Source: Bilabrum cf. latius (lineage: Eukaryota). From it: DNA of 64,000 nt. The notes beneath the pieces were generated by a model that saw nothing but the letters and a program-made list of their open reading frames with translations, had not been told where the DNA came from and ran no database searches. Below are positions 12,373-24,909 of the stretch, in pieces. The stretch covers positions 372,001 to 436,000 of the forward strand of contig OZ237749.1 of NCBI GenBank assembly GCA_965178125.1, in the 5' to 3' direction. The translations under genes and the position numbers were made by a program. The number at the start of each line of letters is the position of its first letter. Positions within the stretch are counted from its first letter, which is position 1.

Positions 12373-15300
12373 ATGAAGAGCGCAACCAAACTTGTTGCAA
12401 TTTTGAGTGCTGTTTTCGGCTCGGCGCAATACTCATCGGATTCAATAGCCCTTGCGGGAGGGCAAGATGGCTACGAGACCGTCGCTACGGTCACCAACTA
12501 CAATTTGGTCCTGACTTCTTACGAGGTCAAGGACTTCGTACGTCTCAACGGAGGTACCTTGGTTGTAGGTGACGCTAATCGCATGGGTTCAGAGCTGTAC
12601 TTTGTTCCTGATGCTGACGGTGACTTTCGTACCGCATCCAGTCCTCACCTGCTGCGCGATGCCTTCCCAGGGAGTCGGAATGGCATCAACCAGCTCGACA
12701 CGATCTCTGCCAACCAAAACAGAAGCACATCCATGGTTAGATGCTCAACATCACCCGATCAGGCTGATGACAAGTGGTGCGTGATTGACGCGGCGAACTA
12801 GAGCGTTGCTTTCCTCGGCAACAGCTCCATGGGCGAGGGTCCCATGCCGGAGGGCGTATCGCCTCCAACCCTCCTTGCACGCGCCTACTGGCCACTGGAT
12901 GACGTCGCAATCATGTACTCGTCAGGCCGCTTCTCGTGCTGGGACAGGAGGCTTCCCGAAGGCCAGCAAATCGGCAAGTTCCGGTTTACTGGAACGGGCA
13001 ACACGGCGGTCGGGACCATCGTGGCGGGCGACAACTTCCTGTGCGCATCTTCGAACCCAGGGACCACCGGTGCAGAGCTGCACTGCACCAACTTCACCAC
13101 CCCGACCACGTCCCTTGAGCTTCACCTGGTTTTCGACGCTACCCCCGGCTCGGGCTCAGGCTCCAATAGCATGGGCAAGACAAAGTACTTTCTGCACGAG
13201 AACCGGTCCGTGATGTGCGGAGGGTACAAAACCCAAAATAACAACCCCGTGTACCTGTTCTGCTACCACGGTACCACCGGTCAAGCGGTTCTCTCCACCG
13301 ACCGAGCCCTTGCCGGTGCTGCAAACCAGCAGTTTGCGATAGGAGTGGGCGACCGCGTGATCTACCTCGGGATCGACGACACGCTGTCCGAAGATCGGAT
13401 CGCCTCCATGGACATCAACACGGGGACGACCCAATTGGCCACCCTGTCCTCCGGGGGCTCTCCTCTCACCGGCGACGTGTCGACCGTTCAGCTCGCGCGT
13501 GGCCCGGGGGGAACGGCCGTGATATCCTGCGAGATATCCAACACCAAGCACATGTTCGTGTGGGATGGTGTGTCGGCGAGCGCCACCGAAATCACGGGAG
13601 ACGTCGGCCGGCTCGATGACAGGTATGATCCGGTTCAGTACGCCCCGGGCAAGGCCGCCATCTTCGCCTAGGTCTTGTCAGGTGGGGTCTTCACGACGAG
13701 GATCATCATCATTGACACGCAGGGCGCTAACAGCCCATCCAACCCAGGCTTCACCCTTCTTCCCGCCGTAACGGGCGTTGCCGGCCCCGACGTGAGGGCT
13801 GTGGCCCCCTTCCAGACTCCCCTCGGCACCGCTGGTTTCTTCACCCTCTACAACAACGAGTACAAGCCGTACGTCTGGTTCGGGGACGACCAGGCAGCAC
13901 CCGCGGCCTTGGATGACTCGAGCGCAGGCTCGATCAATACAATTTTTCCGAGGTACCTGAAGAGCCCAGGGGCCGGTGTGCAGGCAGGCGAGGACGTCAC
14001 TGCCGTGTTCCTCAGCGATGTGCCCCAGGTTGTCGGCACGAGCACCGCTCTCGTGCAGCACATGCCGCCGTTTGACGGCACTACGAACCGCCAGGTTATC
14101 TCTACTTCAAACGGTTCCTTCAGCAGCGTGCCTCAGTTCTACGTCGCGGCGGGGGGCAAGCAGTGCGCGATCCTCAGGTACGGAAACAGCAATTTGAACC
14201 CCGGCTGCTTCGACGCTCAGGGGTCCCTTGAGCTTGCGGTGAACATGCCGGCACACCCCGTGGAGGCCCGCATGAACCTGGGTGCAGACTTATTTGATCC
14301 TGCCAAGACGATCACGAGCTAGTTCGGGCCCGTGTACAACTACGAGAACGAGCTGGCCGGCATGTACTTCTGGCTTGAGACGACCATTATGGGTACCGAG
14401 ATGTACTACTGGGACTTGGAGCACCGGCCATTTATGCTGGCTGATATGGTACCCGGAGCGAGCGGACCCCTAAACCCACAGAGTTCCCCTGCGGCGCTTG
14501 TTGGTGGGCGGTACGTGTGCTTTGAGACCGGGCTGTCATTTGAAGCTTAGAGGGAGCCCGCATTGTTCGACTTGGAAAGCGGCACCTATAGCGAGCTTAA
14601 TGTAGCCGCTGGAACCGGCAAGGGAACCAGTCCCAAGAGCATTTAGGCGCTTGGAGACGAGCTGTGCCTCATGTCGGTTGATACTGCAGACTTTTACCAA
14701 TCGGACATTGGGCGTGAGTTCTTTACGCTTAACGTCAGTGACCCAGACGCGGGGCTGGAGCTCGTTAGCGACTTCATTGCCGGGTCTGACAGTGGAGCAG
14801 ATACGATCGCACCGTCTGAGAACATGAACTTAGGGTTTGGCTGGATCGCAGGGGTAGGGGCGCAAGGCCCACTCCAGGGGGTTGCCCACTTCGAGCTTGA
14901 GGCCTCGGGTAGCATCACCATCATGCATACTTTCGTTTCTGGGCTATCATTAGGCGTGTCCTCGCAGCTGTGGAACGAGGGGGAGGCTGTCGTAACCACC
15001 ACCCTTGCTCAGTCAGCCAGCGGGGTGGACTCGAACGTCTACTTCATCGCGAAGAACGGGACAGTGCTGGGACAGGCTACTCTCGCCAACGTTTCAGACG
15101 GCGCCTTTGCTATTCCATTGCTCAGTACTGCAGGTGACGGCACGCCCATAGGCTATAGTACTCCTTTTTACACGGGTGACCCGCCCTCGTCAAGCGACTG
15201 CCTCGCATGGAACCTTCAGACAGGGGAGGTTGTTGAGAACCTCGGCAGCGTCCCATCGGGTGCATATCTGGAACTGCTGCAGGACGGTACCCTGTGCTAC

Positions 15301-16413
15301 TTCTCTGATTATGTCAGGGGGGTTGTTCAGCTTGGGTGCAATTTCCGGAATTCGACCGAGTTTATTCGGTTCGCAGTCCTGCCTGAACCATCAAACGACT
15401 TCTCAGTCTCCAATTTCGACGGCGTCAGCCAGCTGTTGAGCGTGCAGAGCGATGCATCGCTCGAGGGAGCCGTCCTGTCGAGCTACTCCCACCCCACGTT
15501 CGGTTAGGAAGTTGCCCGACTCGAAGTAACTAGAAGCTCGCCAAGTCCCTCGCCGACCCCTAGTCCAAGTCCCAGCCCCAGCGCCAGTCCCAGCCCCAGC
15601 GCCAGCCCCAGCCCCAGCACCAGCCCCAGCCCCAGCCCCAGCACCAGCGCCAGTCCCAGCACCAGCGCCAGTCCCAGCACCAGCGCCAGCCCGAGTTCAT
15701 CCAGCGCGGCAGCTGGAGTGTCGCCATCCCAGGACCCGGGCCCGAGCCCGTCGAGCTCGGCTGTCGTGAACGTACCCCGCCGTAGGCGCGGCCCGCGGGC
15801 ACCACCAGCCACTAGCACCGCCCAGGTGTGCCAGGAGCCCGCTGCTGCCGTCATTTAGGGGACCCAAGGCACCGAGTTCGTGCTGCAGACATCGTTCACG
15901 GTGAGCGACCAGGACGCATCCTCGTCCAGCTGCGATAACGCAGACAGCCTGGTGGAAGCGCTCGCCCGAGCAGCGGGCATCGACGAGGCGGAATTGTCGT
16001 ACTGGTACGAGAACGATGGCGAGGGGAACTCGGTTCTGGTCGTGCAGACCCCAGTCGAAACCCAAGCCGAAGCAGATGCTATCATGCAGCTCTTCAGCGA
16101 CGAGCTGCAAGGTGGGATTGTGCAGGCCACTCTAGGTGGCGCTGCTAGCTTCGACGCGGGCAGTGAGGAGAGTGCGTTCGTCGCGCCCAATCCGTACATC
16201 GACCCCGATTCTGATGAAGGGGATGAGTTCCCGCTGGTGATCGTGCTGATTGCGGTGGCTGCAGTCGTAGTCATTGGCGCACTTGCAGCATTGTGGCTCT
16301 CAGGGTGCATGGGCAAGACTCCGGCGGCGAAAAACGGTGGAGGTGACGAGGCAGGTGCGAGCGCAGCCACTGTCAAGCAGGACGGTCATATCAACCAAGC
16401 GCAGGAGGTCTGA
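12373..16413 (+). CDS. Type I membrane / cell-surface protein, about 1346 aa, with ELWxxDGT-like beta-propeller repeats, a Ser-Pro stalk and a C-terminal TM helix
   Basis: Signal peptide MKSATKLVAILSAVFGSA. Recurring G-x-E-(L/M/F) motifs (GSELYFV, GAELHCT, GTEMYYW, GREFFTL, FG.EVARL). (SP)n stalk and TM segment FPLVIVLIAVAAVVVIGALAALWL. One frame with seven TAGs (12799, 13669, 14320, 14548, 14644, 15505, 15856). Ends at TGA. Confidence 0.8.
15538..15695 (+). repeat. Coding (AGCCCC/AGTCCC/AGCGCC/AGCACC)n hexamer repeat encoding a Ser-Pro/Ala/Thr mucin-like stalk
   Basis: Translates as SPSPSPTPSPSPSPSASPSPSASPSPSTSP. Confidence 0.9.
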
Positions 16414-16670
16414 CCTGAACCACTGACTCTCTGTTGCACACCTGACCATCAGTGGGAAGTGTCTTTGGGGTGGCGGCAACGGAGACTTGAGGCATCTCCG
16501 CGTGTGCTCGCTGCACCCATGGTGACAGCGTGCGTGATTGATTCTGGATGCCTGCATGCTACCAATACGAAACAACATGTTCTATATCCACGGACACAGG
16601 CGACCACAAGAGCACGAATCCGCGTGGATAAAGAGAATCTGGATCCACCATTGCATTCCCCCTGTGATCC

Positions 16671-19600
16671 TCATGCTGGACTTGTCTTCGTGGATCCGCC
16701 GGCAAGCTCGGCCCTTGAAGCAGCGGCATTGCCTTGTGCAGCCACGCCCAGCTTCCAGTAGGTGCCAGCTTGCTCTCCGGCCCAGAGAGCGGCACCATCA
16801 AGCGCTAGCCGCAGCGCATCACGAGCAGCCTGCGTGCTCTCCTTGCTACCAGATCTTCCGCTCGACTCCGGGTGCACCACCACGTGCATGGGGACCCACC
16901 CTAACAGCATGCTCCTGGCGGGCCGCTCCAGAGATCGAACGCGCAAAACTCTGTCAAAACTCGGCATAGCGCAAGGGTAGGGGTTCTCTTGGGAGTTGCG
17001 CTCGCCGGTGGCAGCCTCACCTTGCAGAGCGCCTCGCTCGCCAACACCTGCGGCAGAACACACGTCTGCTTTCACCGCCTCTCCAGCCGCACCGAGTACC
17101 GCGTTTCCAACTTGCGCGGCCCGCACTTCCCACATGAGCTGCGTTGCTCGACTCAAAGACTGTCCTGCAAGTGCATCGGAGAGGTACCCGCTCCGTACTG
17201 ACTCCCTAGCGATCTAGGAGCGGACTTTTCCACGCCCGATCAAGGGCAGCCCGAGTAGGCGCTCCGAAACGGCAGTGAGCTCGCGAAACGACCTGCCTTG
17301 CAGCAGCCCGGCCACACCCCGGGCAGCACCGTCCACCCGCAGACCCTCGTCGATCCGCTGCAGCATCCCGGTCGCAACCCGCCCGATGTGAGGAACCCCG
17401 CGCATGGCCACGAGGGGCACTCCCAAGGTGGCTGGCGGTACCATTAACGAGTGTGTGCCGAACGGATAGGTGTCAAACACCATGTCAACGGCAAGCAGGC
17501 GGTCAAGATACCTTGCCAAGCTCACGCGACCGTGCATGAATAGCAGCCTGTGCGAGGCAATACCCCTCGCAGCTGCCTCTGCCACGAGCCTTTGAACGCT
17601 CTCGCTCTGCTGTGGCCCCTTCAGCACCAGCCTAGCCCGAGGCACTCTGCGCAACAGGCTGCACACGGCATCGTACAGCAAGACGGTGGTCTTCCGAGTT
17701 TGCCCAGGCAGTGAGATGAATAGGGGCCTTCTGGTGGCTGCAGCACCCCTTCCTGGGGCTGAGTCCGTCGACTAGGACAAGCTTTGCGCCAGCCTATCCA
17801 GCATGCTTGACGCGGCAGAATCTCCCAGACTCACCGTGCTCCACGCCAGCCCAACATCCGGCGAGCTGTCACGCAGTGTCCGGTCCTGCATCCTCCGCTC
17901 CCCGAGGCCTCCATCCAGCGCTACACGACGCAGCTAATGCGCAAGCGCAGGGTCAGTCACAAAGTTCATGTGATCGGTCTTTGCTACTCCAACACGGTGT
18001 ACAGCATTACTCCATACCCGAAGCTTGGGCAGGAGCCTGAGCATGGCGTCGTCTTGGCATGCGATAGCTCGTCTTGCTCTCTGCACGGCGGTGCTACCAT
18101 CCAGGCCGCACGCAGGCATCCCATACTTGGCGCCGGTGGGGTGGTAGGAGTGTGGCATGTACACAACGCCGAGACCAGTCTGCTTGTCCGCTGGCAGCTG
18201 CACCCTCCTAATGGACGTATCTGCGTTGTAACTCGCCTCATCAAGGCTGTCCGAAGCAGTAACTGTCACCACGTCACAAGTCAGGCACTCATCGCCGGCC
18301 CTGCGCTGATCTGCACCACTGTGTGCGTTCCAACGCAGTCTTGAATTCTTCTGCACGCCGCTCTGGAGGGACTCTCTGTGCCTCCACCCTAGCCCAAACG
18401 ACGGCAGTTCGTCCGGCGGCGCCAGTGCGGCATCTGCGATCCAGAAATCGTACGACAGCTGAGAAGAATCCACCGTTGAAGCGTAGCCGAGGTACGCTGC
18501 TTGCACCCGGCAAGGCCTCATTGACATGGGTGGGCCCATGGGAGGCACAGTGACCAGGCTGAGGTCTATCAAGACGTCTGCTGCCATGCCCTATTCGGCA
18601 AAACGTAGTGGGGCAGACAACTACTCCGACAGGAAAGCAGTCGGTGCATGCAATAGACTGTGCTCGATCCGTGCACGCAGTGTGACATCGTCTATGACAC
18701 CATGCTTGCGTAGCAGCTCTCTAACAGGATACATGATATCTGCGACGCCAGCCAGGGCGGGAAGGTGACCAACGAGTCGCTGGTCCGTTGCTGATGGATT
18801 TGTCAGCGTGCCTTCAAGGATCGACTGCGATAGGACAGCGATGGCAGACCCATCCATGCCGCAGAAGGACATCCAGGCCCTGCCCTGGCACTAAGAGCTC
18901 CTCAAATTCGCCGGCATGGAATCGAGCCGCCTGAATGGTAGGGCAGGAAACAGATCCCCGGAATAGGGGGCATCCACTCCGTACATCGCAACCACGTCAG
19001 AGTTGGCTACTGATGGCACCACGACTGACACGGTGAGGTCGCAGCCAGCAGCCTCATCAGATGCCAAGACCAGGTCCTCGACACGGGTGGGCGACGCTGG
19101 GATGCGCATGGGCAGATGGCCCAGCCGCAAAGGAATGATCGACCACCCCGGAAACGTCACTACCGCTCCTCGATCCTGTGCACGCGGCACAGTCCCGTTG
19201 CCGTGGTAGCAGGCCAGCACTAGGTCGCGCTGCCACTCTCGCTTGGCGAATGCCTCATCTGTCGTGTCAACTGCGAACCGAGCCAGCACCGATTCCATGC
19301 CCACAAAACGGTGAGCCACTCGACGCAGCCGCATGGACTGCGACATTCTTCTGGCGTCGTCACCTGCCACGCCCTAGATCCAATGCAGCTGGGCAGCACT
19401 CACAGCTCCCGTGCTAGCAACACGCTGCAGAAGAGAACTTGGAGCAGCCGTTCGAGCATGTCCCGCTTCGGAACTAGCAGCAGCAGAGCGCGTCCCACCA
19501 TTCATCGCGGCCGGATGAATGCTGGCGGTGGCTGTATTTTCTTCGCCAGCGAGGTTGTCTCTGTCCATGTTCGCCTCGTCCTCCTTCCCTGTGCTTAGAA

Positions 19601-21323
19601 CTGTCACATGTACCCGCCTGCGGTCCATCCAGGCCAACATCTAGGGAATCACAAAGCCGATTGCGTGCACACCGAGGTCACCGCTGGCTATGGCTAGCCT
19701 GAGAGGCGGAGCACGCACGGCGCGGCGGCCCTCCTCGTTTGAATTTGCCTTTCTAGTCTCCAGTGGATGGCTAAATCTCTGTGCATCCGCCAGCTGCTCA
19801 GTCGTCGTTGCCCGCCTACGGAAGCCGTCCGCCACCATGACGGGCCAAGGACTCGCGGCGGTTCTTGAGAGAATGCACTGCGTTGCCCGAATGATCGCCT
19901 GCACGTGGGACCTGATACCGCCCCCGCCCGGGTCTGGCACTGCCTGCAGCCCATCAATCGCTCGAATCTCCGTGGCATTCCCTTCAGCCTTCACGTCCTT
20001 CCAGTCCTCTCTTCCCGTGAAAATGTACCCTAACTCGCACGCAAGCCTTGGCTTCGTGATCTGCAGCCGCCACCATTCGGACCGCAGCACGGTGCGGTCC
20101 ATCTGCGCGCCCCCCGTGATTGCTTCGAACCGGCTCTGCACTGACAAGGACATTGACAGCTCTGCGTCGGCGCTGACCCTGCGTTGCACAGGCTCTGCGC
20201 TTATGATCAAGCTCGCTTGTTTCTCTAGCCGGCTGCTAATCGCTCTGTGGTTGTCAATTTCAAGCTGCAGCAGCCTGGGCGAGGCCATCTGGAGGGAGCG
20301 AATCGGGTCTAGTCGAGAGCCACCCCAGGCTCTGCTCCCCCGGTCGAGAGCTCTGTTCCCCCGGTCGAGAGCACTGTTCCCCCGGTCGAGAGCACTGTTC
20401 CCCGGCCCATGACGACGACCAGGCAATGAGAATGAGCCCTACCGGCGGTACAACCGTTCTTCTCCGTGTCCTCGTAAAGGCAATGGGGCACGCGACGCGT
20501 GCTCCACGGCGAGCCGCCTGAGGATGGCATCCTGCCTCGTGACGGTGGTCATGGATGCGACTTGCGGAACCATGATGAGCTCTGTCGCGGCGCCTCTCTC
20601 CCGCCAGCGGCGGCCGTGCTCCCCCAAGCCCAGTGCTTCTTCGGCGTCGCCGCTCTGGCCCCTGTGGGTGAAGCCTTGGGCGAACCTGGGCCCGACCTGC
20701 ACGGAGGCAACAACACGAGCATTCGCTCCATGCCGTGCCCTGCCGGCTGCCTCGCCTGACGTCCCTAGCAATGGGATTCTAGACGCAAGATATCGCATCT
20801 ATTCCGCATCTCGTACCAATGATGCCATCATGCCAAAGGTTTCAGGCATGACGTGACGCTGCAGCGCCTCCAAAACATCCCATGCGCCGGTGTACAAGGC
20901 TGTAGCAATAGACACAGACGAGTCGCCTAAGCTTCGGTTCTGCTAAAACGAAAGTTTCAATCCAATTCTATGGGCTAGATGCTGGTGCTGGTAAGAATGT
21001 AAGCACAGCGCTGTGAGAGACCTCGCTGCCGACACCCGTTCGCCTACAGTGGCATACTTTGACTGACAAATTTGCCTAAAAAGCTCCACCCTTGCTCCAA
21101 TGGATAGAGATCCTGCCGCAATGACTGTTCTATATTTCTGCTCGACGTCATCGTGATTCCTGATGCTGGCATGGACTAGCTAGAATTGGGGGTCTTTTGA
21201 ATGAATACTGAGTGGCAACATCCCGTCGCACAAGGTGAGCATCGCGGAATCATTGGATTTACACACAGCCTAAGAAACCAAGCAGCAAACCAGGGAAAGA
21301 AAACAAAGAGGACATGTATGCAT
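16671..21323 (-). CDS. GT41-family (OGT/SPINDLY-like) glycosyltransferase, about 1550 aa, with a putative signal peptide and many insertions
   Basis: Motifs LRLAIASGDLGVHAIG, ADVLIDL, RPCRVQAAYLGYAST..DFWIADA, VYMPHSYHP, LLRRVPRARLVL, DMVFDTYPFGTHS and GVPLVAMRG..HIGRVA. I traced a single frame by hand from ATG 21323 (MHTCPLCFLSLVCCLVS) to TGA 16671, with about 13 TAGs and no TAA or TGA. Confidence 0.8.
20335..20404 (-). repeat. 21-bp coding tandem repeat (GNSALDR, about 3 copies) inside the GT41 gene
   Basis: CCCCGGTCGAGAGCACTGTTC is repeated on the + strand. Confidence 0.9.
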
Positions 21324-21894
21324 AGCTTTGCGGCCACGCAGGGATCCATCCTCCGCAACCAGACGCAACAGCGACCAGGTGTGATCAGTGCAGCCCACCG
21401 CAGCGGTCGCAAGCTCGTCGGCGTGTCCGGTGACTGATGTTCAGTGCCACAGGCGACGCCGTAGGGACACGCTGTGAGAAGTATCGCTGACAATAGAAAC
21501 TTGAAGCATGATTTTACCCCACTTACGCCGAAACATTGGATTCCTGTGTCTAGAAGCCTCGCCAAGGCAGCAGTGGCAGTATTCCTACGCGTATGTCGCG
21601 TGCATTTGCCAGTATTCGCCGATAAGGGAGATTCTAATACGGGCTGCATGTTAACTGCTATTATATGATGCACGCTCATTTAAGTCGAAGGCCTGTCCGT
21701 GCGCATTTCGTGCTGCTTACACCATCCCTATCCTGTTTTTCGCAGTTTGACTCGGTGCACCCCAGCGTCGGATCAAATCTAGGAAGGAACGAATGGCGTC
21801 GGCTGCTGCTTCGTAGCCAATTATCAGCCCAATCAAGCGTTCGGGCGATTCTGACCATCGCCGCCACATCGTTTCGGCTGGCACCACGGCCACC

Positions 21895-24800
21895 ATGAGT
21901 GCCGGAGGAGCCCCAAGCGGACACCAATCCCAAGATGGCTTCAAGCCGGGCACGGCGGATTCAAGAGCTACGCAAGGGTCACTCGCAGACAACCGCGGAG
22001 TGTACGTGCCTCCGCTGAGCAGCGGCGGGATCGGCGCGAATGATGGCGCCCAGCGCGGACGAACGGGATCAAGTGCCCGTCTCGACGGCGGCCCGTCGCT
22101 CCCAGGATCCATCTACATGGATGCCGATCAAATGGGAGACGACTTTGATCTCGCGGATGTGAGCGGAAGGTCGCCGGCAAGCAGCAGCAGGAAAGGCATC
22201 GGCATGGGCAGCTCGCCCATGCTCGGTCACTCCCAATCAGCTGCTTCGTTCGAGCACCGCCCCGGCACCACGCCTCACGGACGGTCTTCGAGGGGCGCGC
22301 GGAGCCACCGCAGCACGACTAGTTCCCGAAGCCGCCGCAGCCGCAGCCGCGGCGGGTTGCGCGGCTCTAGGAGCATGGCTTCTCTGGGCGGGTACGAGCC
22401 GCCGACCTCCACCCGCATGCTCAAGAAATCGCAGCTGGAAGTCGCCAAAGAGCTCGCGCAGGACTACCCCTCTTTGCAGGCCCGCATGAAGGACCCCATG
22501 TTTCAGGAGGCTGCCGCCCAGGTGGGCGTCGACCTCAACGACCTGCATCCTCGTGACCCGAGCGCGTTCCGGAGGACGATGGCGACCCCGCGCTCCTCGC
22601 TGCGATCTAGGGCGCAATTCTTCGAGCAGACCCGGATCGAGCAAGTGGCACTCGTCGTGATGCAGATGCGGGTGGCGGAAGAGGAGAGGGAGGAGGTCGA
22701 GCGCAAGAAAAGGAGGATGAGGAAGCTCCTCGCGAAGGACCTCCTCGGCCGAGTGGAGCGGGAAAAGGCTCGGATCGAGAGGATGGAGACGGAGAGGCTG
22801 CGCAGGCAGAGGATCATTGACATGGAGGAGAACAAGATGAAGAGAGACGAGAACCAGGAACAGGCCATCCAGGAGGCCGAGCAGCGGGCAGAGGAGCGAA
22901 GGCTGCGCCACGCAGCGAAGAAGAGAAAGGAGGCGGAGGCGCGAGGCAGGGAGAAGACCAAGCAGATCATCGCCGCTCGCAAGAGGAGGGAGAGGCGAGA
23001 GGCGGAGAGGCTGACCCAGATCCAGCGCACCGAGGAGCGCCGCGCCGCGCAGCAGGCCAAGGCTCTGGCTCGCCTCCAGGAGCGCAAGGATCAGATGAAG
23101 CGCCGCATGAAGGCCAAGGAGAGACTCCTGACGGAGAGGATGGGCGACGCAGTGGAGGGAGAGCTGGACAGGCGCGACCATGCCCGCAAGGCCATGGAGC
23201 GCGCGGAGGAGCAGCGCAAGAAGATCGAGCAGGCTCGGCTGGAGGAGCTGCAGCGCAAGAGGGACGAGAGGTGGGTGGCCGAGCAGCGCGCCCATATGAA
23301 CTCCATGCGGCTGAGGCGCCAGGCGCAGTACCGCAGCAAGAAGAAGGGATCGGGGGCGATGCACGCTCTCGAGAAGGCGAGCCTCCTGCACGAAGTGAGC
23401 CTGAGCATTGAGAAGGAGAGGCAGGTCAAGAGGAAGAGGACGCTCATCGAGACCGACAAGTGGAAGAGCAAGCGCAACGTGATCCCGGAGAGGCAGCAGA
23501 CGCCCGGGCCGGGCACGTACGTTGTCCCCTCCGAACTCACGCAGTCCAAGGGCTTCTCCTGGCGCAAACCGATGCCGGAGAAGGTCAAGAAGGCCCTCAC
23601 GGAGAAGTCCTGGGTGGACGAGATGCCGGCCCCAGGGCACTACGGAGTGCCCAAGGACGACCTTCTGCGGCCCAACCCGGCGAGGAGCACAAAGTTCAAC
23701 ATGTCCAAGCCGAAGACTGAGGACGAGTGGCTCTCTCTCCGCGCCAAGCAGCTTCCCGCGCCCCACGACTACGGGCACGGGGACCGCCGGCCCACCACTG
23801 CGCCCACTCCCGGTGGCCAGTTCGAACAGGGCCGCTTCTCCCCGCACAAGGGCATGTCCTTCTTGGACCACGCGATCAAGATGGGACCCGGGCGGGACGC
23901 GCCCGGCCCTGGCGGCTTCCTGATGGAGGACGTGGTCAGGGAACAAGACACTGTTCCCCGGGCCAGGCAGGTGCCCGGCAGCACCATGAGCCTGGCCTCG
24001 TTCGTGCAGCCGGGAGGCTCGCGGGGGGCTCAGTCAGCAAGGGGGCGCTCCATGACGGCCGCTTCCTTTAACGGAGGGGCGTCCGTGGGTGGCATGTCTC
24101 TTCCCCTTGGCGTGGGGCGGCCGCGCACCGATAGCGCGCCCGAGCAGTTCGGCGCCGGTGCCCTCCAGGCCGGCGGTGACTTCAAGATGAAGATCATGCC
24201 TCTGGGGAACATGAAGGGGGCCAAGAACTTTTCCATGACGACGGGTAGGCTCGCGGGCGGGCTGCAGGGCGCGCGGAACGCCGACGGCAGCGTGATCGAC
24301 CCGTTCAGGGCCTCTGCAAAGAAGTTGTTCGGCGGTAGTCGCAGGGCCAAGGCAGCCGCTGCCTCGAGCGCCGCAGCGCAGATGCCCGGCAGGGTGGGAG
24401 CCACCCGCCCCGACATGAAGTTCGTGCCGGGGCTGACTCAGGTCAGCGCCACGCTCTCAGAGGTGCTTAACGAGAGCGACGAGGAGGGCGAGCTGGGGTC
24501 ACACGACGGTGCCGATGCGGTGCCCACTGACGTGGACGCGTCCGGCTCGTTCGTGCCTGCCGCGGGGCAGGTGCCCCTTTCTCCCGTCGTGACTGATTCG
24601 GTGGTTGACGCGTCCGGTGCCAAGGCAAAGTCGTTCGGGCTCGACTGCGAGGACGATGAGGGTGCGGCGCCGGTTCCGCAGCCCAAGGGGGATCTGACCG
24701 CCGCTGCCACCAACCAGGGCTCCGGAGGCTCCGATGTGACCGGGTCAACGGACAAATCGGGGAACAACTCGGGGAACAACTCGGGGAACAAGAGCCAAGG

Positions 24801-24909
24801 CGGCGACGCCACCGCTGCCGCTGTTGTGGACAGGGCAAGCATTGCCAGCCCGGCAGGGGACTCTATCCCCGAGGCGGAAGAGGAGGACGACGACGAAGTG
24901 GAGGGCTGA
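21895..24909 (+). CDS. Coiled-coil protein with ODF3/SHIPPO-like (STPG, PGP) repeats, probably ciliary or microtubule-associated, 1004 aa
   Basis: Uninterrupted ORF with a long E/R/K coiled coil followed by TPGPGTY, MPAPGHY, LPAPHDY and APGPG repeats. Ends at TGA. Contains no TAG. Confidence 0.75.
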   Translation: MSAGGAPSGHQSQDGFKPGTADSRATQGSLADNRGVYVPPLSSGGIGANDGAQRGRTGSSARLDGGPSLPGSIYMDADQMGDDFDLADVSGRSPASSSRKGIGMGSSPMLGHSQSAASFEHRPGTTPHGRSSRGARSHRSTTSSRSRRSRSRGGLRGSRSMASLGGYEPPTSTRMLKKSQLEVAKELAQDYPSLQARMKDPMFQEAAAQVGVDLNDLHPRDPSAFRRTMATPRSSLRSRAQFFEQTRIEQVALVVMQMRVAEEEREEVERKKRRMRKLLAKDLLGRVEREKARIERMETERLRRQRIIDMEENKMKRDENQEQAIQEAEQRAEERRLRHAAKKRKEAEARGREKTKQIIAARKRRERREAERLTQIQRTEERRAAQQAKALARLQERKDQMKRRMKAKERLLTERMGDAVEGELDRRDHARKAMERAEEQRKKIEQARLEELQRKRDERWVAEQRAHMNSMRLRRQAQYRSKKKGSGAMHALEKASLLHEVSLSIEKERQVKRKRTLIETDKWKSKRNVIPERQQTPGPGTYVVPSELTQSKGFSWRKPMPEKVKKALTEKSWVDEMPAPGHYGVPKDDLLRPNPARSTKFNMSKPKTEDEWLSLRAKQLPAPHDYGHGDRRPTTAPTPGGQFEQGRFSPHKGMSFLDHAIKMGPGRDAPGPGGFLMEDVVREQDTVPRARQVPGSTMSLASFVQPGGSRGAQSARGRSMTAASFNGGASVGGMSLPLGVGRPRTDSAPEQFGAGALQAGGDFKMKIMPLGNMKGAKNFSMTTGRLAGGLQGARNADGSVIDPFRASAKKLFGGSRRAKAAAASSAAAQMPGRVGATRPDMKFVPGLTQVSATLSEVLNESDEEGELGSHDGADAVPTDVDASGSFVPAAGQVPLSPVVTDSVVDASGAKAKSFGLDCEDDEGAAPVPQPKGDLTAAATNQGSGGSDVTGSTDKSGNNSGNNSGNKSQGGDATAAAVVDRASIASPAGDSIPEAEEEDDDEVEG

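Noticed and set aside
22237-23946. Long antisense ORFs (for example 22237..23946, 59482..60828, 32596..33600, 2102..2905)
   Set aside because: These are shadow frames of GC-rich genes on the opposite strand and have no independent motifs.
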